64,000 nucleotides of DNA from Coriobacteriaceae bacterium (GTDB taxonomy: Bacteria > Actinomycetota > Coriobacteriia > Coriobacteriales > QAMH01). Every line of letters begins with the position of its first letter. Positions within the stretch are counted from its first letter, which is position 1. A program made the translations under genes and the position numbers. Shown here piece after piece: positions 1-6,794 of this stretch. Below the pieces are notes generated by a model. The model had not been told where the DNA came from and ran no database searches. It saw nothing but the letters and a program-made list of their open reading frames with translations. The DNA is taken from assembly GCA_021203765.1 (NCBI GenBank), contig JAJQAN010000019.1, positions 42,822-106,821 of the forward strand, in the 5' to 3' direction.

Positions 1-894
1 TGCGGCGGCCATCGCCTCTGCGGCGGCTGCGGCGCTTCGATAGCGGTCCGCCAGGTCCTGATGGGCGCGGGGGATGCCGACGTCGTCTGCGGCAGCGCGA
101 CCGGCTGCCTCGAGGTCTCGACGACCGCCTATCCGTATTTGTCTTGGAACGGCCCGTTCATCCATAACGCCTTCGCGAACGCCGGCGCCACCATGTCCGG
201 CGTCGAGGCCGCCTTTGAGGGTCTCAAGAGCGCCGGCAAGATCCCGGAGGACAAAGAGGTCAAGTTCGTCGCGTTCGGCGGCGACGGCGGCACCTACGAC
301 ATCGGCCTGCAGTCGCTTTCCGGTGCGATGGAGCGCGGCCACAACATGGTCTATGTCTGCTACGACAACGGCGCGTACATGAACACCGGCATCCAGCGTT
401 CGTCTGCGACCCCGCACGGCGCCTGGGCGACGACCTCCGAGGTCGGCACCGTCCAGCAGGGCAAGCAGCAGCGTCGCAAGGATCTCGTTTCCATCATAGC
501 GGCGCACCACATCCCGTATGCGGCGCAGGCCTCCATCGGCAACTGGCGCGACCTGGTCAACAAGGCCGAAAAGGCCTTCAACACGCCGGGCCCCGCCTTC
601 CTCGACGTGCTGGCACCGTGCCCGCGCGGCTGGCGCATCCCGTTCGACCAGACGGTTGAGATGGCACGCCTGGCCCAGCAGACCGGGTTCTGGCCGCTCT
701 TCGAGGTCGAGGACGGCAAGTGGTCGATGACGCCGATCAAGGGCGAGAAGCTTCCCGTCACCGAGTTCCTCAAGCCGCAAGGGCGCTTCGCGCACCTGTT
801 CAAGCCGGAAAACGCCGACCTGCTCGAGCAGATCCAGAAGGAGACCGACGAGTATCTGGCCTACGTGGAGGCACGCTGCGCCAACGAAGGGTAG
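1..894 (+). CDS. 2-oxoacid:ferredoxin oxidoreductase, beta (TPP-binding) subunit; 5' end lies outside the window
   Basis: Frame 1 is open from nt 1 (CGGHRLCGGCGASIAVRQVL precedes the listed ORF 61..894). TPP-binding motif FGGDGGTYDIGLQSLSGA and YDNGAYMNTGIQRSS. Clearly paralogous to the complete beta subunit at 59752..60645. Confidence 0.85.
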   Translation, partial: CGGHRLCGGCGASIAVRQVLMGAGDADVVCGSATGCLEVSTTAYPYLSWNGPFIHNAFANAGATMSGVEAAFEGLKSAGKIPEDKEVKFVAFGGDGGTYDIGLQSLSGAMERGHNMVYVCYDNGAYMNTGIQRSSATPHGAWATTSEVGTVQQGKQQRRKDLVSIIAAHHIPYAAQASIGNWRDLVNKAEKAFNTPGPAFLDVLAPCPRGWRIPFDQTVEMARLAQQTGFWPLFEVEDGKWSMTPIKGEKLPVTEFLKPQGRFAHLFKPENADLLEQIQKETDEYLAYVEARCANEG

Positions 895-927
895 GCGGCA
901 CGCGCCTCGCGCGTACCTTGCTTTTCG

Positions 928-958
928 AAAAGGGGGCCTGAACAGGCCCCCTTTTTTT
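928..958 (+). terminator. Rho-independent terminator after the oxidoreductase gene
   Basis: GGGGGCC (932-938) / GGCCCCC (945-951) stem, 6-nt loop, followed by a T7 run (952-958). Confidence 0.75.
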
Positions 959-1020
959 ATTGAGGAAACAGTCACCTCTGCAAACTCCTGAACCCTGTAT
1001 AACGATTCCAGGAGATGCGG

Positions 1021-1189
1021 GTGTGTCCTCGAAAACTTGGAGAGGGTGCCCCATACCTCCTATCACTATCGTCCCGATGAAAGGGGGTACGGGAGTGCCT
1101 GCGAAAACTTGGAGCAGGTACTCCGTGCCCCCCCCAACCGTGCGGCTGCGACTCAGGAGGTGGGGGTCGGAGGGGGCGAAGCCCCCTCC
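1021..1189 (+). ncRNA. Candidate structured RNA or repeat element: two hairpins with identical loops plus a GC-rich hairpin (function unknown)
   Basis: Exact 13-mer CGAAAACTTGGAG at 1030-1042 and 1102-1114. Hairpin 2 is GGAGTGCCTGC (1092-1102) / GCAGGTACTCC (1114-1124). Hairpin 1 is TGTCCTC (1024-1030) / GAGGGTG (1042-1048). The third hairpin is GGAGGGGGC-GAA-GCCCCCTCC (1169-1189). Strand and transcription are not established. Confidence 0.25.
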
Positions 1190-1242
1190 TTAAAGTGCTA
1201 TACTTGCAACTCGCGCCTGAGCGGCGCAATGAGGCCTGATAC

Positions 1243-1334
1243 GGAGGGATGTCCGAGAGGCTTAAGGAGCACGATTGGAAATCGTGTAAGCGGTGCAAGC
1301 CGCTTCCAGGGTTCAAATCCCTGTCCCTCCGCCA
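1243..1334 (+). tRNA. tRNA-Ser (anticodon GGA), CCA encoded
   Basis: Acceptor GGAGGGA/TCCCTCC, anticodon arm CACGA-TTGGAAA-TCGTG, long variable arm, T-loop GGTTCAAATCC, 3' GCCA. Confidence 0.95.
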
Positions 1335-1372
1335 GTTTCTTTTCGCGCGTCTGGACAGGAGCGAACGCCCGC

Positions 1373-2572
1373 ATGAACCCCCTCAGAAAAGCCTACTGCC
1401 GCACCTACCAATTCTTCTTCAGAATCGCACTTCCCATCCTGCCGTACCGTGAGCCCGAACCGCTCGCCTCGGTGGAGGAGGCCGCCCAGCTGCTGAAGGA
1501 CCAGGGCAAAAAGCACCCCCTCATCGTCACCGACCCTGGTATCTCCAAGCTCGGTCTGACCCAGGGCTTGGAGGATGCCATCAAGGAACAGGGTCTGACC
1601 TACTCCTACTTCGACCAGGTCGTCCCCAATCCGACCATCGCCTGTGTGGAGGAGGCACGCGACCTCTACGAGCGTGACGGTTGCGACAGCATCGTCGCCT
1701 TCGGCGGCGGCTCGTCCATGGACTGCGCCAAGGTCGTCGGCGCCCGCATCGTTCGCCCGAACAAGCCAATCCAAAAGATGCGTGGCATCCTCAAGATCCG
1801 CAAGCGCCTGCCGTTGCTCATCGCCGTGCCGACGACGGCCGGTACCGGCAGCGAGACGACCCTGGCCGCCGTCATCACCGACGGCGAGACACACTATAAA
1901 TACCCCATCAACGACTTCTCCCTCATCCCGCACTACGCCGTCCTCGACTATCGCGTCACGCTCGGTCTGCCACCGCAGGTGACGAGCACGACCGGCATGG
2001 ATGCGCTCGTCCACGCGGTCGAGGCCTACATCGGGCATTCGACGACGAAGGAGACGCGGGCCAACGCCATCGAGGCGACGAGCCTCGTCCATCAATATCT
2101 CAAGCGCGCCTACGACGACGGCTCCGATGCCGAGGCACGCGAGAAGATGCTGCGTGCCGCCTACTGCGCCGGCGCGGCCTTCACCAAATCCTACGTCGGC
2201 TACATCCACGGCATCGCCCACTCGCTGGGCGGCCAGTACGGCGTGCCCCACGGACTCGCCAACGCCGTCATCATGCCGTACATGCTCGAACACTACGGCG
2301 AACACTGCTACGCGCGTCTCGGCGACCTCGCCCGCCAAAGCGGTGTCGCCGATGCGGATGCCAGCGATGAAGCGGCCTCGAAGACCTTCATCGACTGGGT
2401 GCGGCAGATGAACTCCTCCATGGACATCCCGGACAAGATCGAAGGGATACTCGACGAGGACATCCCCGGCATGGCGGCGCATGCGGACAAGGAGAGCAAT
2501 CCGCTCTACCCGGTGCCCATGCTCATGGACGCCGACGAGCTCGCCGAGATCTACCACATCGTGCAGGCGTAA
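1373..2572 (+). CDS. Iron-containing (group III) alcohol dehydrogenase
   Basis: In-frame ATG at 1373 (MNPLRKAYCRTYQFFFRIALPILPYREP) lies downstream of the tRNA. The 1037 start would overlap tRNA-Ser. Fe-ADH motifs GGGSSMDCAK, PTTAGTGSETT and HGIAHSLGGQYGVPHG. Confidence 0.85.
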   Translation: MNPLRKAYCRTYQFFFRIALPILPYREPEPLASVEEAAQLLKDQGKKHPLIVTDPGISKLGLTQGLEDAIKEQGLTYSYFDQVVPNPTIACVEEARDLYERDGCDSIVAFGGGSSMDCAKVVGARIVRPNKPIQKMRGILKIRKRLPLLIAVPTTAGTGSETTLAAVITDGETHYKYPINDFSLIPHYAVLDYRVTLGLPPQVTSTTGMDALVHAVEAYIGHSTTKETRANAIEATSLVHQYLKRAYDDGSDAEAREKMLRAAYCAGAAFTKSYVGYIHGIAHSLGGQYGVPHGLANAVIMPYMLEHYGEHCYARLGDLARQSGVADADASDEAASKTFIDWVRQMNSSMDIPDKIEGILDEDIPGMAAHADKESNPLYPVPMLMDADELAEIYHIVQA

Positions 2573-2588
2573 GGGCAAAGGAGCAGAC

Positions 2589-3959
2589 ATGGAGATAGAG
2601 GAGCAGGTTCAGGCGCACCGGGACTTCTTTGAGACGGGCGTGACACTCAACACCGGCTACCGGCTCGGCGTCCTCAAACACCTGCACCGCGTCATCACCG
2701 ACAACGAATACCGTATCGCCGCCGCGCTCGAAGCCGATCTCGGCAAGTCCGACCACGAATCATATATGTGCGAGATCGGGTTGACGCTTTCGGAGCTGTC
2801 ATATCAGATCAAGCACCTGAAGTCGTGGGCCAAGCCGCATCGGGTGGCCACCGGCCTCGCCAACTTCCATGCGAAAAGTTTCACCGTCGCCGAACCCTAC
2901 GGGGTGACGCTCATCATGTCGCCGTGGAACTACCCCTTCATGCTCACCATGGAACCGCTCATCGGTGCGGTCGCGGCGGGCAACTGCGCCGTCGTCAAGC
3001 CGTCGGCCTACTCGCCGAACACCTCGCAACTCATCTCCGAGCTTATCGATCGCTGCTTCGAGGCCGGCCATGTAAGCTGCGTCCTCGGCGGCCGGGAGGA
3101 AAACACCGAACTGCTCGAGCAGCAGTTCGACATGATCTTCTTCACCGGGAGCAAGGCGGTCGGCAAGACGGTGCTGGAGAAAGCGAGCAGGTGGCTGACG
3201 CCGGTCACGCTCGAGCTCGGTGGCAAGAGCCCTTGCATCATCGCCGCCGACGCGAACCTCGATATCGCCGCCAAGCGTATCGCCTTCGGCAAATACCTCA
3301 ACTGCGGGCAGACCTGTGTCGCCCCGGACTACGTACTCATCGACGCGCAGATCAAAGGCGCCTTCATCGAAAAACTTCTGCCCTGCATCAGGAATATGTA
3401 CGGGGAGAACCCGCTCGAAAACGACGATTACGGCAAGATTATCAACCAGAAGCACTACGACCGTATCTGCGGCCTCATCGACGCAGGAGAGGTCATCTTG
3501 GGAGGGGAGCGTGACGCCGACACCCTGCGCATCGCGCCGACGGTGCTCGACGAGGTGAGCGATACCGATCCCGTCATGCAGGAGGAGATCTTCGGGCCGG
3601 TCCTGCCGATCCTGACCTACCAGAATATCGATGAGGCGCTCGACTTCGTCCGCAGGCATGACAAGCCGCTCGCACTCTACCTGTTCACCAAGGATAAGGA
3701 ACTCGAAGACCGCGTCGTGGAGGAGGTACCCTTTGGCGGCGGCTGCATAAACGACACCATCGTGCACCTGACCAATCCGCACATGGGATTCGGCGGCGTC
3801 GGCGCCTCGGGCATGGGCAGCTACCATGGGCATGAAAGCTTTGCGACCTTCAGCCACATCAAGAGCATCATGAAGAAGTACACGTGGATTGACCTGCCGA
3901 TGCGCTATCAGCCCTACAAGGAGCGCAACGACCGTCTGGTCCATATGTTTTTGAAGTAG
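2589..3959 (+). CDS. NAD(P)-dependent aldehyde dehydrogenase (ALDH3-like)
   Basis: ATG 2589 preceded by AAAGGAG. Motifs PWNYPF, ELGGKSP, catalytic Cys context NCGQTCVAPDY, EEIFGPVLP. Confidence 0.9.
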   Translation: MEIEEQVQAHRDFFETGVTLNTGYRLGVLKHLHRVITDNEYRIAAALEADLGKSDHESYMCEIGLTLSELSYQIKHLKSWAKPHRVATGLANFHAKSFTVAEPYGVTLIMSPWNYPFMLTMEPLIGAVAAGNCAVVKPSAYSPNTSQLISELIDRCFEAGHVSCVLGGREENTELLEQQFDMIFFTGSKAVGKTVLEKASRWLTPVTLELGGKSPCIIAADANLDIAAKRIAFGKYLNCGQTCVAPDYVLIDAQIKGAFIEKLLPCIRNMYGENPLENDDYGKIINQKHYDRICGLIDAGEVILGGERDADTLRIAPTVLDEVSDTDPVMQEEIFGPVLPILTYQNIDEALDFVRRHDKPLALYLFTKDKELEDRVVEEVPFGGGCINDTIVHLTNPHMGFGGVGASGMGSYHGHESFATFSHIKSIMKKYTWIDLPMRYQPYKERNDRLVHMFLK

Positions 3960-4079
3960 CGCCCGACAGCGGGCTTTACCGACACGTACGTCGGGATGCA
4001 TCCCTTTGCGGCTGCCAGGGAGTGTGGCGGGGATGCATCCGACGTCTACGCGGAAAGAACCAATCGAAGCGAAGCGTGC

Positions 4080-4574
4080 TTAGTGTGCACGGCAGCGGTG
4101 ATAACGGTCTGCGTTTCTGCGCTGGGCCCGGTGGCCCTTTTTCTTGCCGTCGATGCCCTGTTCCTTCAGCGAGACGATGAGCTTTTCGTTGATAGCATCG
4201 AGCTGCTCGATCTCTTCCGGGCTCAAGCAGGAGAGGATCTGTTCGCTGGTCCGGTCGTTGGCCTGCTCGCGCTTTTCTGCAATCGACCTGCCTTCGTCGG
4301 TCAAAGTGACGCGATAGGTCTTCGGGGCTTCATCGTCGACGATGGTGACGTATCCGTTGCGGACTGCTTTTTTGACGACACCCTTCACCTCGCTGCGGTT
4401 GCAGCCTAAAGCGATGACCAGGTCATGCTGGGTGACAGTGTCATTTTCAAGCAGGCAGCGGAGCAAGGCACCCTGTCCGTGTCGGTAACTTTTCGGGCCG
4501 TTTTTGCGCTGGGCGAGACGGACGAGCTTGGTCGCTTTTTTCTCCTGCGCGATCGTCTTGGTGAGTGGACTCAT
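4080..4574 (-). CDS. MarR-family winged-helix transcriptional regulator
   Basis: AAGGAG 6 nt upstream of the ATG. wHTH-like segment TVTQHDLVIALGCNRSEVKGVVKKAVRNGYVTIVDDE...RVTLTDEGR. Confidence 0.7.
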   Translation of the reverse strand: MSPLTKTIAQEKKATKLVRLAQRKNGPKSYRHGQGALLRCLLENDTVTQHDLVIALGCNRSEVKGVVKKAVRNGYVTIVDDEAPKTYRVTLTDEGRSIAEKREQANDRTSEQILSCLSPEEIEQLDAINEKLIVSLKEQGIDGKKKGHRAQRRNADRYHRCRAH

Positions 4575-4588
4575 GCGGAACTCCTTCT

Positions 4589-4686
4589 TTATCTACTTTT
4601 TCGATAACGCCGACATCGTAGGCCGCGCCGAGGCCTATTTATCGCAAAACGAGATAACACCACGCAATTATCACAGAATGCGATAA
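4589..4686. promoter_or_regulatory. Three copies of the palindrome TTATC-N9-GATAA in the MarR upstream region (putative operators)
   Basis: TTATC/GATAA arms at 4589-4593/4603-4607, 4639-4643/4653-4657 and 4668-4672/4682-4686. Each copy has a 9-nt spacer, and all lie in an AT-rich region directly upstream of the MarR start (4574). Confidence 0.5.
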
Positions 4687-4846
4687 AGCTGAGAATAATA
4701 GGCTCTGTACAAAATCCCTGCAAAAGCCCAATAAACATGGTAGAATTATTCGCTGGAAGATTTGTTCGCCAGAAAGTCGAAAGCCTTCCGACCGCCTGTC
4801 TAGGCAAAGTTCGGCATTTATGGCATTATGCTTCCTTGCGAGTTGT

Positions 4847-4923
4847 GGACCCTTAGCTCAGTTGGCTAGAGCGCACGACCGATAATCGTGAGGTCGGAAG
4901 TTCGAATCTTCTAGGGTCCACCA
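4847..4923 (+). tRNA. tRNA-Ile (anticodon GAU), CCA encoded; unusual C at position 33
   Basis: Acceptor GGACCCT/AGGGTCC, D-arm GCTC..GAGC, anticodon arm CACGA-CCGATAA-TCGTG, T-arm GGAAG-TTCGAAT-CTTCT. Confidence 0.9.
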
Positions 4924-4934
4924 TCTTTGGTAAT

Positions 4935-4982
4935 AAACGCCTCGGTGTGAGCCGAGTCGCCGCCGAGGCGTTTATTTTTTTC
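4935..4982 (+). terminator. Rho-independent terminator after tRNA-Ile
   Basis: AAACGCCTCGG (4935-4945) pairs with CCGAGGCGTTT (4963-4973), followed by a T-rich run. Confidence 0.7.
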
Positions 4983-5000
4983 TCGCGACTTTATCTATAC

Positions 5001-5076
5001 GGGGATGTAGCTCAGCTGGGAGAGCGTCGGCTTTGCAAGCCGGATGTCGTGGGTTCGAGTCCCATCATCTCCACCA
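5001..5076 (+). tRNA. tRNA-Ala (anticodon UGC), CCA encoded
   Basis: Acceptor GGGGATG/CATCTCC gives the G3:U70 alanine identity pair. Anticodon loop TTTGCAA, T-loop GGTTCGAGTCC. Confidence 0.95.
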
Positions 5077-5086
5077 CCAGTTCCAC

Positions 5087-5116
5087 GGGCCGGCATGATG
5101 CCGGCTCGTTTTGTTT
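5087..5116 (+). terminator. Rho-independent terminator after tRNA-Ala
   Basis: GCCGGCA / TGCCGGC stem (5089-5105) followed by TCGTTTTGTTT. Confidence 0.65.
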
Positions 5117-5162
5117 ACGGGATGCTCTTGGGCACCTACCTGCCAGTTGCCCAAACGTTACG

Positions 5163-5190
5163 TTGTGCTGTGGTTGCCAGCGGGTATAAT
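5163..5190 (+). promoter_or_regulatory. Putative sigma-70-type promoter for the ferrochelatase gene
   Basis: TTGTGC (5163-5168), 16 nt spacer, TATAAT (5185-5190). Confidence 0.35.
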
Positions 5191-5255
5191 TGCCCCCTGC
5201 GTCTCCTGTGAGGCGCACCCTATCTTCAACAGCACGAAAGCGCGGAGGTACGGCT

Positions 5256-6338
5256 GTGGGACGAATTGGAATCATGCTTATGAACACCGGCACCCCGGAG
5301 GAGCCGGACGCGAAAGCCATCAAGACCTATCTCAAAGAGTTCCTCTCCGATCCGCTCCTCATCCGTATGCCCCGGCCGGCACGCTGGGCTCTGCTGCACT
5401 TCGTCATCCTGCGGCGCCGTCCCAAGGCCGACGTCGAGCGCTATCAGAAGATCTGGGAAGACGGCGACTTCATCTTCCGCAGGATCTTGAAGGAACAGCT
5501 CCAGGCCGTCGGCGAAGAGCTCGGCAACCGCTCGTTCAACGATGACGACTTCAGCGTCACGTTTGCCATGCGTTACGGCGAGCCGACGGTTATGAAGGCC
5601 CTGCAAACCCTTTATTACGAAGGTTGCGACGACATCCTGGTTCTTCCGCTCTACCCGCAAAGCGTGACGGTCTGTGCCGGCACCTGCCTCGGGGAGGTCT
5701 ACAGCTGTCTGGCAGAGCTCGGCCAGGAAGGCTGGCAGCCTAACGTCGTCTCGATTCCGTACTACTACGACCAGCCCGCCTACATCCGGGGCCTGGCCGC
5801 ATCAATCAAGGGCAGCTGGGACTCATTTCCCGGCGGCGAGCACTCCAAGCTCGTCTTCTCGTTCCACTCGACCTTCACCGAGGATGTCGAAAAGGACGAT
5901 CCGTATGTCGAGCAGATCGAGGAGACGCGCAAGATGGTCGCCGATGAGCTCGGCATCTCCGCCGGAGACATCGAGGTGGTCTATCAGTCTCCGTTCGGCA
6001 GCGAGGGCTGGCTCGGTCCGGACCTGAAGGACGAGGTGGTGCGCTGGGCAGAAGAAGGCATCGACGATCTCTGCGTCGTCTGTCCGGGCTTTTCCGCCGA
6101 CTGCTTAGAGACGCTGGTCGATGTCAACGAGGAGATGCGTGATCTGTTTTTGGAGAACGCCGCGCCCGATGCGAAGTTCACCTACGTCCCTGCCCTCAAT
6201 GCGGGAAAGGACAACATCGACGCGATCTGCGATGCGCTCGTAGCCGCCTACCGGGAGAGCCACCAGGAAGAAGACACGACCGCGCAGTACGAGGAGCTCA
6301 TGCCAGAGCTCAAGGAGATGCCGTCCTTCTCGCTCTAA
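5256..6338 (+). CDS. hemH: Ferrochelatase family protein
   Basis: GTG 5256 lies 7 nt after GGAGG; an alternative ATG is at 5274. Motifs LMNTGTPEEP...YLKEFLSDP, YPQS, FSFHS, FSADCLETLVDVNEE. Confidence 0.85.
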   Translation: MGRIGIMLMNTGTPEEPDAKAIKTYLKEFLSDPLLIRMPRPARWALLHFVILRRRPKADVERYQKIWEDGDFIFRRILKEQLQAVGEELGNRSFNDDDFSVTFAMRYGEPTVMKALQTLYYEGCDDILVLPLYPQSVTVCAGTCLGEVYSCLAELGQEGWQPNVVSIPYYYDQPAYIRGLAASIKGSWDSFPGGEHSKLVFSFHSTFTEDVEKDDPYVEQIEETRKMVADELGISAGDIEVVYQSPFGSEGWLGPDLKDEVVRWAEEGIDDLCVVCPGFSADCLETLVDVNEEMRDLFLENAAPDAKFTYVPALNAGKDNIDAICDALVAAYRESHQEEDTTAQYEELMPELKEMPSFSL

Positions 6339-6417
6339 GGGCGCAGACTGAAACGCAAGCTCACGACCCAGAGCTTCATTATCCTCAAAAAAGATTAATC
6401 AAATAAGAAATTTCTTC

Positions 6418-6446
6418 TTGACATGAAAGTTAGCCTCCTCTAACAT
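6418..6446 (+). promoter_or_regulatory. Putative promoter of feoA
   Basis: TTGACA (6418-6423), 17 nt spacer, TAACAT (6441-6446), in an AT-rich intergenic region. Confidence 0.5.
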
Positions 6447-6467
6447 CCCTAGTTAGCAGATGTTAAC
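6428..6467. promoter_or_regulatory. Two copies of the AGTTAGC-N5-YTRAC motif overlapping and following the feoA promoter (putative metal-regulator operator)
   Basis: AGTTAGCctcctCTAAC at 6428-6444 overlaps the -10 element. AGTTAGCagatgTTAAC lies at 6451-6467. Confidence 0.4.
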
Positions 6468-6504
6468 TTTTCCTCGGCAGAGGATTGTTGGAAAGGTTTT
6501 TGGT

Positions 6505-6723
6505 ATGACACTCACGGACGTACAGGTCGGAGACAGCTGCACGGTCAAGCGTTTGAACGAGACCGGTGCGCTTCGCCGCCGCATCATGGACATGGGTATC
6601 ACCAAGGGAACGGATATAACCGTACGTAAGGTCGCACCGCTCGGGGATCCCGTCGAGATTTCCGCACGCGGTTACGATCTTACGCTGCGCAAGGCCGACG
6701 CCACCTTGATCGAGGTGGCGTAG
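6505..6723 (+). CDS. feoA: Ferrous iron transport protein A
   Basis: 72 aa, ATG 6505 after GGAAAGG. FeoA-like VGDSCTVKRL...RRRIMDMGITKGTDITVRKVAPLGDPVEI. Confidence 0.85.
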   Translation: MTLTDVQVGDSCTVKRLNETGALRRRIMDMGITKGTDITVRKVAPLGDPVEISARGYDLTLRKADATLIEVA

Positions 6724-6753
6724 GCTCCGGCCTGCATATATTTTTTGACCACG

Positions 6754-6770
6754 AGTTAGCAGCGGCTGAC
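6754..6770. promoter_or_regulatory. Third copy of the AGTTAGC-N5-YTRAC motif, between feoA and feoB
   Basis: AGTTAGCagcggCTGAC at 6754-6770, 25 nt upstream of the feoB ATG. Confidence 0.35.
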
Positions 6771-6794
6771 TTTTAGGACGCTTGGAGAACGTTC

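Noticed and set aside
1126-1139. 6C-type small RNA (C-rich run GTGCCCCCCCCAACC)
   Set aside because: The C-run is not enclosed in a stem as required for the two C-rich loops of 6C RNA, and only one such run is present.
1037-1372. N-terminal 112 codons of the 511-aa ORF 1037..2572
   Set aside because: This part overlaps the complete tRNA-Ser(GGA) gene and the hairpin region, and it has no coding-like composition. The alcohol dehydrogenase homology begins at the in-frame ATG at 1373.
6428-6467. Calling the feo motif a DtxR/IdeR or Fur box
   Set aside because: The half-sites GTTAG/CTAAC resemble the IdeR core, but the spacing (N6) is incompatible with the 19-bp IdeR consensus, and nothing resembles a Fur 7-1-7 box. 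It is kept only as an unassigned operator candidate.
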